From Bacteroidales bacterium (GTDB lineage Bacteria > Bacteroidota > Bacteroidia > Bacteroidales > UBA4417): a stretch of DNA of 64,000 bases. The stretch covers positions 77,033 through 141,032 of the forward strand of contig JADJGZ010000002.1 of NCBI GenBank assembly GCA_016707785.1, given 5' to 3'. Positions 9,233-19,271 of this stretch are shown here, one piece after another. A model generated the notes under the pieces. The model saw nothing but the letters and a program-made list of their open reading frames with translations. It had not been told where the DNA came from and searched no databases. A program made the position numbers and the translations under genes. The stretch's first letter is position 1. Every line of letters starts with the position of its first letter.

Positions 9233-12157
9233 ATGATGAAATATTTATCACTGATAATTCTCCTGACCATTTCCCTCACAGCCCTGGCTCAGGAAAGGCT
9301 GATTTCCGGGAAGGTTACTGATGAAAGTGGCATGGGTCTGCCAGGTGTTACTGTTCAACTTAAAGGCACTTCAACCGGAACAACAACCGATCTGGATGGT
9401 AAATACAAAATCAACCTGAATGCAGGTATTTTACGATTCAGCTATATTGGGTTTGTGCCCCAGGAAATTACTATCACTAATCAATCAAGTATAAATATTG
9501 TATTGCTCGAAGAAACCAAACAATTAAATGAAGTGGTGATCATAGGTTATGGCACCCAGAAAAAAAAGGATTTAACAACCGCAGTTTCAGTTGTTGGTGA
9601 AAAAGAAATAAGGGACCGTCCATTGGTATCTGCAGCCCAGGCTTTGCAGGGAAAAGCAGCCGGTGTACAAGTGACACAACCATCAGGGAAACCAGGTTCC
9701 AGTTTGTCGGTTCGTGTTCGAGGAGCCACATCAGTTTTAGCCGGGAATGAACCGCTTTATGTGGTGGACGGCCTCCCAACCACAGATATCAGTGGATTAA
9801 GCCCAACTGATATTGCGTCTATGAGTGTTCTCAAAGATGCTTCTTCTGCAGCTATATATGGAGCAAGAGCTGCTAATGGGGTTGTCCTCATTACCACCAA
9901 GCGTGGTGAAACCAATAACCAAAAGGTTAGTTTCAACACTTATTATGGTGTCTCCAAATTAAGAAAAACAGTTGAAGTCCTTGGTACAAAAGACTATCGG
10001 GATTTACTGGAAGAAATTTCACCGGGAAGTTACAGCCCCCTCTGGACCAAATATACCAATTGGAGTGAAGAGGTCTTTGGAACTGGGTTTAACCAGTCCT
10101 ATCAATTATCTGCTACCGGTGGCAGTGAAAAAATGAAGTATTTTGTTTCAGGTGGTTACCTTTCAGAACAGGGAATAGTACAACCTGCCAAATTCGATCG
10201 GTATTCATTTAGGATTAATCTTGATAATGATCTGAATCCCTGGTTGAAAATTGGAACCAATATCAGTATCTTAAGTCTGAAGTCGAAGGACACTCCTGAT
10301 AATCTTAGCTCCGGCAGGGGTGGTGTAATTATGAGTGCCCTGAATACTCCTCCATTTTTGCAGATATACAAGAGTGATGGTAGCGGATGGTTTGACCCCA
10401 ATCCCTTCCAACCTTCATGGGAAAACCCGGTAGCATATATGGAAGGCCCTGATCAGGAAGCCTCTGATAATAAGGTTTTTGGAAGTTTTAATGCTGAGGC
10501 CAAATTATACAAGGATGTGTTTCTTAAATCGCGTTTAGGTGTGGATCTGAATACTCACCAATGGGATTATTACCTGGATCCGTTCCGGACCAGCTATGGC
10601 CGCAAAGAGCATGGAATAGGAACATCCTCTAAAGGTAATAGCAGCTCCGTTCTTTGGGAAAACACCCTTGATTATTCTCTGCGTTCAGATAATCATACTT
10701 TCACTGCTCTAATTGGTAGTAGTATCCAAAAGTATGCATACAAAGAATCTTATCTCTCAGGAAGCAATTTCCCTGAAGATGTGTCGATTCAAACCTTATG
10801 GGCTGCCAATACGATTACAGGAGGTACTTCAGGACAGCAATGGGCGCTTGCTTCCTTTTTTGGAAGGGCATCCTATGATTATATGGGCAAATACTATCTT
10901 ACTGGCAGCATTCGTCGTGATGGTTCTTCAAAACTAGCCAACCCCTGGGGAACGATGCCATCATTCTCAGCAGGATGGAGGATTTCATCTGAAAAATTCA
11001 TGCAAGGCATTGATTTCATTGATGACCTAAAGATACGTGGAGGCTGGGGTAAAACCGGCAACCAGGAAGGAATCCCAAATTATACTCAGTATGGACTTGC
11101 CAATTTCTCAAGAATTACACTTGGACCCAATGACCCATTGCTAGGCCCGGCATTTTACCAGTATACCTATGGAAATCCCGATCTCAGATGGGAAACTACC
11201 TCTCAAACCAATATTGGCATCGACCTTACCGCATTTAACTCAAGACTTGTATTAAATCTTGATGTATATATGAAAAAAACAGTTGACGTGCTGATGAATG
11301 TTCAACTTCCATCCTACCTGCCTATTACAACAATTCAAACAAATGTCGGGGAAATTGTGAATAAAGGATTGGAATTAAATATTAGCACTGTCAACATCGA
11401 CAAAAAGATCAGGTGGAACAGCGACTTTAATATTTCCTTCAACAAGAATGAAGTGACCGCATTAAAGTATACTGATGTCTACTATTTTGGGAGAATTTAT
11501 AGCAATAATTCAGATGTTGCCATTGTAAAAGTTGGGTTACCACTGGGTTCCTTCTATGGTTACATTTCAGAAGGTGTTGATCCGTTAACTGGTAACCTGA
11601 AGTATAAAGATGTTAATGACAATGGCATTTTTGATACCGGCGACCGTACTGTAATTGGTGATGCCCAGCCTGATTTCATCTTTGGGTTCACAAACAATAT
11701 CAGCTATAAGCGATTTGACCTCAATATCTTCTTCCAGGGAAGTTATGGAAATGATATCTATAATGCTACCCGAATTGATCTTGAAGGAATGTTCGATAGT
11801 AAAAACCAATCAACTGCTGTACTTCGTCGCTGGACTACGGAGAATACTGACACGGATATTCCTAAAGTTGGTAATATGGACAATGTACGCAATTCCTCCC
11901 GTTTTATTGAGGATGGTTCTTATGTAAGACTAAAGTCATTGACCCTATCCTATAAAGTCTTTACTCCTAATGAAATAAAAGCCTTTAACAAACTATCGGT
12001 TTATGTTACCGGTCAGAACCTGCTGACATTCACAAATTACAGTGGATTTGATCCTGAAGTAAATGCTTACGGAAATAGTGCTACAGAAATGGGAATAGAT
12101 TATGGGACCTATCCTCAATCCCGGTCATTGATTATTGGTCTTAACGTTGAATTCTAA
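9233..12157 (+). CDS. SusC-family TonB-dependent outer-membrane glycan transporter (pair 2)
   Basis: 974 aa with a signal peptide and a carboxypeptidase-regulatory-like domain (ISGKVTDESGMGLPGVTVQLKG...DGKYKI). It has the motif LNEVVIIGYGTQKKKD and the terminal ...LIIGLNVEF. A SusD gene follows directly. Confidence 0.95.
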   Translation: MMKYLSLIILLTISLTALAQERLISGKVTDESGMGLPGVTVQLKGTSTGTTTDLDGKYKINLNAGILRFSYIGFVPQEITITNQSSINIVLLEETKQLNEVVIIGYGTQKKKDLTTAVSVVGEKEIRDRPLVSAAQALQGKAAGVQVTQPSGKPGSSLSVRVRGATSVLAGNEPLYVVDGLPTTDISGLSPTDIASMSVLKDASSAAIYGARAANGVVLITTKRGETNNQKVSFNTYYGVSKLRKTVEVLGTKDYRDLLEEISPGSYSPLWTKYTNWSEEVFGTGFNQSYQLSATGGSEKMKYFVSGGYLSEQGIVQPAKFDRYSFRINLDNDLNPWLKIGTNISILSLKSKDTPDNLSSGRGGVIMSALNTPPFLQIYKSDGSGWFDPNPFQPSWENPVAYMEGPDQEASDNKVFGSFNAEAKLYKDVFLKSRLGVDLNTHQWDYYLDPFRTSYGRKEHGIGTSSKGNSSSVLWENTLDYSLRSDNHTFTALIGSSIQKYAYKESYLSGSNFPEDVSIQTLWAANTITGGTSGQQWALASFFGRASYDYMGKYYLTGSIRRDGSSKLANPWGTMPSFSAGWRISSEKFMQGIDFIDDLKIRGGWGKTGNQEGIPNYTQYGLANFSRITLGPNDPLLGPAFYQYTYGNPDLRWETTSQTNIGIDLTAFNSRLVLNLDVYMKKTVDVLMNVQLPSYLPITTIQTNVGEIVNKGLELNISTVNIDKKIRWNSDFNISFNKNEVTALKYTDVYYFGRIYSNNSDVAIVKVGLPLGSFYGYISEGVDPLTGNLKYKDVNDNGIFDTGDRTVIGDAQPDFIFGFTNNISYKRFDLNIFFQGSYGNDIYNATRIDLEGMFDSKNQSTAVLRRWTTENTDTDIPKVGNMDNVRNSSRFIEDGSYVRLKSLTLSYKVFTPNEIKAFNKLSVYVTGQNLLTFTNYSGFDPEVNAYGNSATEMGIDYGTYPQSRSLIIGLNVEF

Positions 12158-12170
12158 AATAGCTGCCATC

Positions 12171-13634
12171 ATGAAAAAATATATATACCTACTGATTGTA
12201 ATTCCTGTAATGGCCTTACAATTAACTTCTTGCGATAAATTTCTGGATCTCAATCCTCAGAATGATAAAATCATTGTGAATAATGAAGATTCAACTTATT
12301 TCACTTCAGCAGGGGATGTTGAATCAGCCCTTCAGGGAGTATATGGGGATTTGCGAAATGAGTATTTCGAACTCGATTATTTTGTGAATGGTGATGCTCA
12401 AAGTGATGATGCTTATGCCGGTGCAGATAATCCTGCAAATTTCCAGATCGATGATTACAATATTGATGCCTTGAACACCAATGTTAGTCGTGACTGGGGT
12501 TACTTGTATGCAGCTATTGGGAAAGCCAATGCAGTAATAAATAACATTGAGGATGTTACAGATCCGGAACTTACCGAGTCCAGGAAGAATGAGATCATCG
12601 GTGAAGCTTCATTCCTTCGGGCATTCATGTATTTTCAGTTAGTGCAGCTTTGGGGCGATGTCCCTTTGCAGCTTCAGGAAATCAAAACAATCAGTGCCGA
12701 GCTATTACCTGAAATATACCCTATCATGTTCCCTGCGCGTGACCCTAAGGAAGAGGTTTATGCCCAGATTATCAAGGATCTGGAAGTAGCCGTATCATCT
12801 GCCAAAATTACAGCCCAGGATAAAGGTTATGTTACCAGGGGGGCCGTAAATACTTTGTTAGCCAAAGTATATGCCACCGTTGAACCTCATGACTGGAATA
12901 AAGTGCTGAAATATTGTAATGATGTAATTTCCGGCGGCTATTCACTCCTCCCTGAATATGATCAACTATGGGATAATAGCATTGAAAACTCTTCAGAATC
13001 AATCTTTGAAATCAATTATGCAGGCACCAGCAGCAGTGGCAACTGGGGAGCCAGTATGTTTATGGGACTGGACTGGAAAAAGTTTAATATTCCCTCCAAT
13101 GACCTCGTGAAAGCCTTTAATGACGAAGGTGATGTGATCAGGAAGAATTCTTCTATAACATTCATGGATGTAACCGGTTCATGGACCGATCAGCATTGGC
13201 CACAAACCAATTATCCTTTTGCCTATAAATACAGGGCCTATACCTCTCCCAGTCCACAGAACTACATTTTCTTCAGACTGGCAGATGTCATTTTATTGAA
13301 AGCTGAAGCCCTCAATGAAACCGGCGATACTCCGGGTGCTGCTGCACTTGTTAATCAAATCCGGTCCAGGGTTGATCTTCCAAATACTACAGCCTCCACA
13401 CAGGATGCAATGCGACTGGCGATTGAAAAGGAAAGAAGATTAGAGCTGGCTTTCGAAGGACATCGCTGGTTTGACCTAAAGCGCACCGGCCGGGCTATCG
13501 CTGTTCTCAATGCAGTATCAGAGTTCGGTGGCGTTAATATGAGCTATAACCTGAACGAAAACAGGTTATTGTGGCCTATCCCACAATCGGAACTTGATAA
13601 AAATACTAAACTGATTCAAAATCCGGGATACTAA
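12171..13634 (+). CDS. SusD/RagB-family glycan-binding outer-membrane lipoprotein (pair 2)
   Basis: The ORF-track start 12135 overlaps SusC. ATG at 12171 gives MKKYIYLLIVIPVMALQLTSC-DK, a proper lipoprotein signal. SusD-like motifs are FLRAFMYFQLVQLWGDVPL and ERRLELAFEGHRWFDLKR. Confidence 0.92.
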   Translation: MKKYIYLLIVIPVMALQLTSCDKFLDLNPQNDKIIVNNEDSTYFTSAGDVESALQGVYGDLRNEYFELDYFVNGDAQSDDAYAGADNPANFQIDDYNIDALNTNVSRDWGYLYAAIGKANAVINNIEDVTDPELTESRKNEIIGEASFLRAFMYFQLVQLWGDVPLQLQEIKTISAELLPEIYPIMFPARDPKEEVYAQIIKDLEVAVSSAKITAQDKGYVTRGAVNTLLAKVYATVEPHDWNKVLKYCNDVISGGYSLLPEYDQLWDNSIENSSESIFEINYAGTSSSGNWGASMFMGLDWKKFNIPSNDLVKAFNDEGDVIRKNSSITFMDVTGSWTDQHWPQTNYPFAYKYRAYTSPSPQNYIFFRLADVILLKAEALNETGDTPGAAALVNQIRSRVDLPNTTASTQDAMRLAIEKERRLELAFEGHRWFDLKRTGRAIAVLNAVSEFGGVNMSYNLNENRLLWPIPQSELDKNTKLIQNPGY

Positions 13635-13696
13635 AATGATGTGTTACTTGTATTACTGGAATTTCTCAAATAACTCATAAAAAGCTAGTCTGAATA

Positions 13697-16486
13697 ATGA
13701 CAACATCCTTTGTTTCCTTCGAAATAAAACAAGCATTAAGATCAGCAGGGATCCTCGTATTCCTGCTGATAATTAATGTTTTGAGTGCTCAAAACCTCAA
13801 AACCAGTGGTAAAAAAATTGTTGATGAAGCCGGCAATGAGGTAATCCTTCGGGGTATGGGATTAGGTGGCTGGATGCTCATGGAAGGTTACATGATGGAA
13901 ACCAGCAGTTTCGCAAATCCACAAAGAGAGATCAAAGCAAAAATTCAGAGCCTGATAGGCCCTCAGAATACTGAAAATTTTTATAAAACCTGGCATCAGA
14001 ATCATTGTACTAAAACAGATATCGATTCTTTAGCTTCCTGGGGTTTCAACTCCGTCAGGCTCCCAATGCATTATAACCTTTATACTCTTCCCATTGAAGC
14101 AGAACCCGTTGCCGGTGAGAATACCTGGCTGGAAGAAGGTTTTACCCTTACTGACAGTCTTCTGAAATGGTGCTCGGAGAACCAGATTTACCTTATTCTT
14201 GATTTGCATGCAGCACCCGGAGGCCAGGGCAAGGATATGGCAATTTCAGATTATGACCCGGCTAAACCTTCTCTTTGGGAGAGTGAAGCCAATAAACAGA
14301 AAACCATCGCACTTTGGAGAAAACTGGCTGAAAGATATGCTAATGAACCATGGATGGGTGGCTATGACCTTATCAATGAAACGAACTGGAACTTCACAGC
14401 TGGAGCTAATCAAAACGGATGTTCTGAATCCAGCAATGTTCCTCTTCGTCAACTACTGGTAGCAATTACACAGGCCATTCGCGAGGTTGATCAGCAGCAC
14501 ATGATCATCATAGAGGGAAATTGCTGGGCAAATAATTATAATGGACTGCTCCCTCCCTGGGATAACAATATGGTTGCCAGCTTCCACAAGTATTGGTCAA
14601 CCAACGATCAGAATTCTATCCAGGGAATGATCAATATCCGGAATACCCATAACATACCTCTTTGGCTTGGAGAATCCGGTGAAAATTCAAATCATTGGTT
14701 TACTGATGCTATTCAGTTGTGTGAAAAAAACTCAATTGGATGGTGCTGGTGGCCGATGAAAAAGGTCAGTTCAGTAGTAAATCCCCTTACAATACCAAAG
14801 AACAGTGATTACCAGGTTTTACTGGATTATTGGCAAAACGGGGGTGCCACACCGGGTACCGAATTTGCTAAAAATGCCATGATGCAACTGGCTGAAAATT
14901 CTAAAATTGAAAACTGCATCTTCAGGAAAGATATTATTGATGCAATGTTCCGACAGGTTAATGATGCATCAGCCAAACCATATGCCAATCATCATATCCC
15001 CGGACTCATCCATTTCTCCGATTTTGATATGGGCAAAAATGGTGTTGCTTATAAAGATAAAGAGTTCGCAGATTATCATGTAAGTTCCGGCACCTATACC
15101 TCCTGGAATAATGGATGGGTGTATAGAAATGATGGAGTGGATGTTGAAACCTGTTTCGATTCCGATCCACAGTCCAATGATTACAATGTGGGCTGGACAG
15201 AGGATACTGAGTGGATTCAATACACAGTTCAAATCGACTCCTCGGCTGCCTATAATATGGATCTCAGATATGCTTCTTCTTCTTTGGCAACTCCAAGGAT
15301 CCGAATAAAAAGCAATGGAAGTGATATCTCCGGAACCCTTATGCTAACTTCAACAGGTGGAAATCAAACATGGAAGACCTTACAGGCAGGAGACCTGATA
15401 CTATATAAAGGTATTAATCAACTCCAGGTATACATTGATAAAGGAGGAGCCAATTTGGGATATATGAGGTTTTCTCTGTCAAAAAAGATTGAAGATGTTC
15501 CCCTTCGCTCCTTATCCGCTGAAACATACCAGGAAACACAAGACATTTATCTTACCCTCAACAAATCAATTAATCCTGCAACTATCAGTAGTACCGGTTT
15601 CGAGGGCAATGTGAATGGCCAGACTGTATCCGTCAGTTCGGTAAAAATCAATAGCCTCAACCCTCAACAGTTAATTATTCGTTTATCTGAAGAATTAATG
15701 GATGGGGATAATATCAAGTTGAATTATTCCGGTTCCGGGATTATGGCCTTAGATGAATCCCTTTTAGCAACTTTTACTGATCTGCAGGTAATCAATAATC
15801 TTCCTGTTCACTTGGCTGTTCCGGGAAAAATTGAAGCAGAAGCATTCAGTTATAACCGGGGATTACAGCTTGAAACCACAACAGATGCAGGGGGCGGACA
15901 AAACATCGGATATACAAATACCGGGGACTTCCTCGATTACAAAATCCGGGTTTCAAAAAGCGGCACCTATACCCTTGATGCCCGTGTTGCTTGTCAAAGT
16001 TCGGCTGGCATTCTTGAGTTCCAGCAACTTGATAAAAGCGGAACACTACTGAATTCTGCAACACTGGATGTTCCTGTTACAGGAGGCTGGCAAACCTGGG
16101 CTACCCATTCTGTTATAATGAACCTGAATGAAGGAATGGGAATCCTCCGGGTAAAAATTATGAAACCTGAATTCAATATCAATTGGTACAGGTTTACAAA
16201 GATTGCAGAAGAAGATACAGTAGTAAACCCGAATAAGAACATCCGGATATTCCCTAATCCTCTGAATAAAAATGAGAATAAGCTGAAAATCGAGATGCCA
16301 GAATCCAAAGGGAATGATAAAACCCTTTCTATTATGTCATTAAATGGAGCCCTGCTGAGGCAAGAAACCCTGGAAAGTGCCGATGAAAATTATACCATCA
16401 TGTTGAATACTCTTTCTTCCGGACTATACATCCTTGAACTTACAAATGGAAACGAAACCTGGCGTTCAAAACTCACAATTCTATAG
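13697..16486 (+). CDS. Secreted GH5 beta-glucanase with two CBM6-like modules and a T9SS C-terminal sorting domain
   Basis: 929 aa. The GH5 core has RGMGLGGWMLMEGYM, GYDLINETNW (acid/base Glu) and WLGESGE (nucleophile Glu). The CBM6-like module reads GKIEAEAFSYNRGLQLETTTDAGGGQNIGYTNTGDFLDYKIRV...TGGWQTWAT...FNINWYRF. The C-terminus IRIFPNPLNK...GLYILELTNGNETWRSKLTIL matches Por-secretion tails. Confidence 0.85.
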   Translation: MTTSFVSFEIKQALRSAGILVFLLIINVLSAQNLKTSGKKIVDEAGNEVILRGMGLGGWMLMEGYMMETSSFANPQREIKAKIQSLIGPQNTENFYKTWHQNHCTKTDIDSLASWGFNSVRLPMHYNLYTLPIEAEPVAGENTWLEEGFTLTDSLLKWCSENQIYLILDLHAAPGGQGKDMAISDYDPAKPSLWESEANKQKTIALWRKLAERYANEPWMGGYDLINETNWNFTAGANQNGCSESSNVPLRQLLVAITQAIREVDQQHMIIIEGNCWANNYNGLLPPWDNNMVASFHKYWSTNDQNSIQGMINIRNTHNIPLWLGESGENSNHWFTDAIQLCEKNSIGWCWWPMKKVSSVVNPLTIPKNSDYQVLLDYWQNGGATPGTEFAKNAMMQLAENSKIENCIFRKDIIDAMFRQVNDASAKPYANHHIPGLIHFSDFDMGKNGVAYKDKEFADYHVSSGTYTSWNNGWVYRNDGVDVETCFDSDPQSNDYNVGWTEDTEWIQYTVQIDSSAAYNMDLRYASSSLATPRIRIKSNGSDISGTLMLTSTGGNQTWKTLQAGDLILYKGINQLQVYIDKGGANLGYMRFSLSKKIEDVPLRSLSAETYQETQDIYLTLNKSINPATISSTGFEGNVNGQTVSVSSVKINSLNPQQLIIRLSEELMDGDNIKLNYSGSGIMALDESLLATFTDLQVINNLPVHLAVPGKIEAEAFSYNRGLQLETTTDAGGGQNIGYTNTGDFLDYKIRVSKSGTYTLDARVACQSSAGILEFQQLDKSGTLLNSATLDVPVTGGWQTWATHSVIMNLNEGMGILRVKIMKPEFNINWYRFTKIAEEDTVVNPNKNIRIFPNPLNKNENKLKIEMPESKGNDKTLSIMSLNGALLRQETLESADENYTIMLNTLSSGLYILELTNGNETWRSKLTIL

Positions 16487-16519
16487 CACTGATCACACAA
16501 TCCAATAATTCACTCACAG

Positions 16520-17698
16520 ATGAAAAACATAGCTCTAATATTATCAGCCCTTCTGATTGGAGGAGTATTATTTCTTTCCTGTAAGAAAGAATCAGAAGCA
16601 CCCCCTGTAATCCCTAAACTTGTTGCTGAAGATGTTGTAGTGACAGAAGGCAATATCGACGGGAAAAAGGCTATAATTACTGTAGACCTGTCAGAAGCTA
16701 CTACCGTTGATGTATCTCTCAATTGGTCAACAGAGGATGCAACTGCCAAAGCAGGAGAGGATTTTGTTGCAGTTACTGATCAACCACTCATCTTTTTAGC
16801 TGGTGAAGTTTCCAAAGTAATTGAAATTAGCATTCTTTCAGATACCTATCTTGAATTAGATGGTGCTTTTGTGGTCAAATTCAGCAATTTACAGAATACA
16901 ACAATGCTGATTCCCCAGGTTAAGGTTACCATTGAGGACGACGATAATTATGTACCACTTCAGGATGCAGATGGGTATATTACACCTGATAATTACCCCG
17001 GGATGAGCCTGATCTGGAGTGATGAATTTGATGATGCTACATTAAATACAACCTCCTGGAACTATGAAATTGGTGGCGGTGGCTGGGGGAATAATGAGTT
17101 GGAGATTTATACCGATTTACCTGCTAATTCGAATCTACAGAATGGTTTTCTGACTATTACGGCTTTGAAGAATCCTTATAATGGAAATTACACATCTGCT
17201 AGACTTACCACTAAAGGGAAAGAAGAATTCACGTATGGAAGGATTGATATACGTGCCAAAATGCCAATCGGACAAGGGATCTGGCCTGCATTATGGATGC
17301 TGGGCGGGAATATCTCCAGTGTTGGCTGGCCAGCTTGCGGGGAAATTGATATTATGGAATACCTTGGACATGAATCAGATAAAGTACATGGTACCATCCA
17401 TTACAATGATGGCGGGCATAAATATATCGGAGGCTCCTACAAGGTAAACCAGAGTGAAAACTATCATGATAAGTTTCATGTATTTACCATCTTATGGCAG
17501 GAAAATTCAATTGAATGGTTTGTTGACTATAAACGTTATTATACCGTGACACCTTCAACAATAAAATATGATGCATTTCGCTTGCCTCAGTTTTTCATCT
17601 TCAATGTAGCTGTTGGGGGAAACTGGCCCGGAAGTCCAAATGCTTCCACAGTATTTCCTCAATCGATGATCGTCGATTATGTCAGGGTATTTCAATAG
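16520..17698 (+). CDS. Calx-beta domain / GH16 endo-beta-1,3-glucanase (laminarinase) lipoprotein
   Basis: 392 aa with lipobox FLSC-KK. The Calx-beta motif is WSTEDATAKAGEDFVAV. The GH16 catalytic motif is GEIDIMEYLG, with WPALWMLG just upstream. Confidence 0.9.
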   Translation: MKNIALILSALLIGGVLFLSCKKESEAPPVIPKLVAEDVVVTEGNIDGKKAIITVDLSEATTVDVSLNWSTEDATAKAGEDFVAVTDQPLIFLAGEVSKVIEISILSDTYLELDGAFVVKFSNLQNTTMLIPQVKVTIEDDDNYVPLQDADGYITPDNYPGMSLIWSDEFDDATLNTTSWNYEIGGGGWGNNELEIYTDLPANSNLQNGFLTITALKNPYNGNYTSARLTTKGKEEFTYGRIDIRAKMPIGQGIWPALWMLGGNISSVGWPACGEIDIMEYLGHESDKVHGTIHYNDGGHKYIGGSYKVNQSENYHDKFHVFTILWQENSIEWFVDYKRYYTVTPSTIKYDAFRLPQFFIFNVAVGGNWPGSPNASTVFPQSMIVDYVRVFQ

Positions 17699-17735
17699 AC
17701 ATTAAAATATAAGCAATAACAAAATCTACAACGAT

Positions 17736-19190
17736 ATGAAGAAGAATTTCAGCATTTATTTATTCATGTCAGCCCTGGTGCTTTTCCTGGGTTGTAAATC
17801 AGGAAGCCAGGAAGGCAATAACGGTGCCACTTCCTCAACAATGAAAACTGCCGAGATTTATGTAACGGCTCCTGCTGATTCATTGCGTCTGACACTCATG
17901 CCTCAGCTATCATTTGAAGAGCTGAAACAACCTTCGGAACATGTTCCAACAATAATGCTGGATCCGAATAAGTCGTTCCAGACCATCGTAGGCATTGGTG
18001 GAGCCCTTACTGATGCTTCAGCCGAAACCTTTTACAAGCTTCCAAAAGCAAAACAGGATGAATTGATTCAGGCTTACTTCTCTGTAGATAAAGGAATCGG
18101 ATATTCACTCTGCAGGACTCATATCAATAGTTGTGACTTCTCCAGTGAGAGTTATGCTTATGCAAATGCAGGTGACAAAGAGCTCAAATCCTTTAATATC
18201 GACCATGATAAGAAATTCAGGATCCCATTAATAAAAGCCGCTTTGGATAAAGCAGGAGCAGAACTGCAAATGTTTGCTTCTCCATGGAGCCCCCCGGCCT
18301 GGATGAAGGATAATAATAATATGTTAAAGGGTGGCAAGTTAAAAGAAGAATATTACCAAAGCTGGGCGGATTACTATATCCGCTTTATGGAATTCTATAA
18401 AAAAGAGGGAATAGATTTTTGGGGATTATCTGTTCAGAATGAACCGATGGCCGTTCAAACCTGGGAATCCTGTATTTATACCGCTGAAGAAGAGCGTGAT
18501 TTTGTGAAAAATTTCCTCGGCCCAACCATCAGAAAGTCTCCTTTGAGGGATACAAAGATCGTCATCTGGGATCATAACCGTGGGCTTATGTATCAAAGGG
18601 CAAAGGTGATGTATGACGATAAGGATGCTGCCAAATATGTTTGGGGAACCGGGTTCCATTGGTATACCGGCGATCATTTCGAAAATGTAAAGTTGCATGC
18701 TGAAGCTTTCCCCGATAAGGCAATGCTATTTACTGAAGGATGCGTTTATCCTTTTAATTACGATAGCATTTTTGAATGGCATTGGGGTGAAACCTATGGC
18801 CGGTCAATGATTCATGATTTCAATAATGGTGCTGCCGGTTGGATTGACTGGAACATACTTCTGGATGAAACCGGTGGGCCAAATCATGTGCAGAACTTCT
18901 GTTTTGCCCCTGTGATTGGAAATACCAAAACCGGAGAGTTACATTACATGAATTCCTTTTACTATCTGGGCCATTTTTCGAAATTTGTCCGCCCCGAGGC
19001 TAAGCGAATCATTTGTTCATCAAATGACGATGCCTTACTGGCCACTGCCTTTGTGAATACTGATGGAAGCATTGTTTCTGTAATCCAGAATGAAACGGCT
19101 GCAGAAAAGGAGTTTTATGTATGGTTGGATGGAAAAGCCGTGAAAGCTAAAAGCCCGGCCCATTCGATAATTACGGTTGTACTGAAATAA
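17736..19190 (+). CDS. Glycoside hydrolase family 30 lipoprotein (glucosylceramidase-like)
   Basis: 484 aa with lipobox FLGC-KS. Motifs are VGIGGALTDASAETF, ASPWSPPAWMKDN, LSVQNEP and LFTEGC. It is strongly diverged from the first GH30, so not a recent duplicate. Confidence 0.88.
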   Translation: MKKNFSIYLFMSALVLFLGCKSGSQEGNNGATSSTMKTAEIYVTAPADSLRLTLMPQLSFEELKQPSEHVPTIMLDPNKSFQTIVGIGGALTDASAETFYKLPKAKQDELIQAYFSVDKGIGYSLCRTHINSCDFSSESYAYANAGDKELKSFNIDHDKKFRIPLIKAALDKAGAELQMFASPWSPPAWMKDNNNMLKGGKLKEEYYQSWADYYIRFMEFYKKEGIDFWGLSVQNEPMAVQTWESCIYTAEEERDFVKNFLGPTIRKSPLRDTKIVIWDHNRGLMYQRAKVMYDDKDAAKYVWGTGFHWYTGDHFENVKLHAEAFPDKAMLFTEGCVYPFNYDSIFEWHWGETYGRSMIHDFNNGAAGWIDWNILLDETGGPNHVQNFCFAPVIGNTKTGELHYMNSFYYLGHFSKFVRPEAKRIICSSNDDALLATAFVNTDGSIVSVIQNETAAEKEFYVWLDGKAVKAKSPAHSIITVVLK

Positions 19191-19226
19191 TTTCATATTG
19201 GGAAAAGCCTGGGGTCCACGAATGCG

Positions 19227-19254
19227 CACGAATCCGCCGCCTGGCGGATTCGTG
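19227..19254. terminator. Perfect hairpin between convergent genes (putative bidirectional terminator)
   Basis: CACGAATCCGCC (19227-19238) / GGCGGATTCGTG (19243-19254) forms a 12-bp perfect stem with a 4-nt loop. It sits between the GH30 stop (19190) and the stop of the minus-strand gene (19272). CACGAAT is also repeated at 19217-19223. Confidence 0.6.
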
Positions 19255-19271
19255 GATAAACTTTGGCTATA

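Noticed and set aside
12135-12170. Upstream start for SusD-2 overlapping the end of SusC-2
   Set aside because: The internal ATG at 12171 yields a canonical lipoprotein signal peptide (MKKYIYLL...LTSC). The 12 extra residues are read through the SusC terminal beta-strand.
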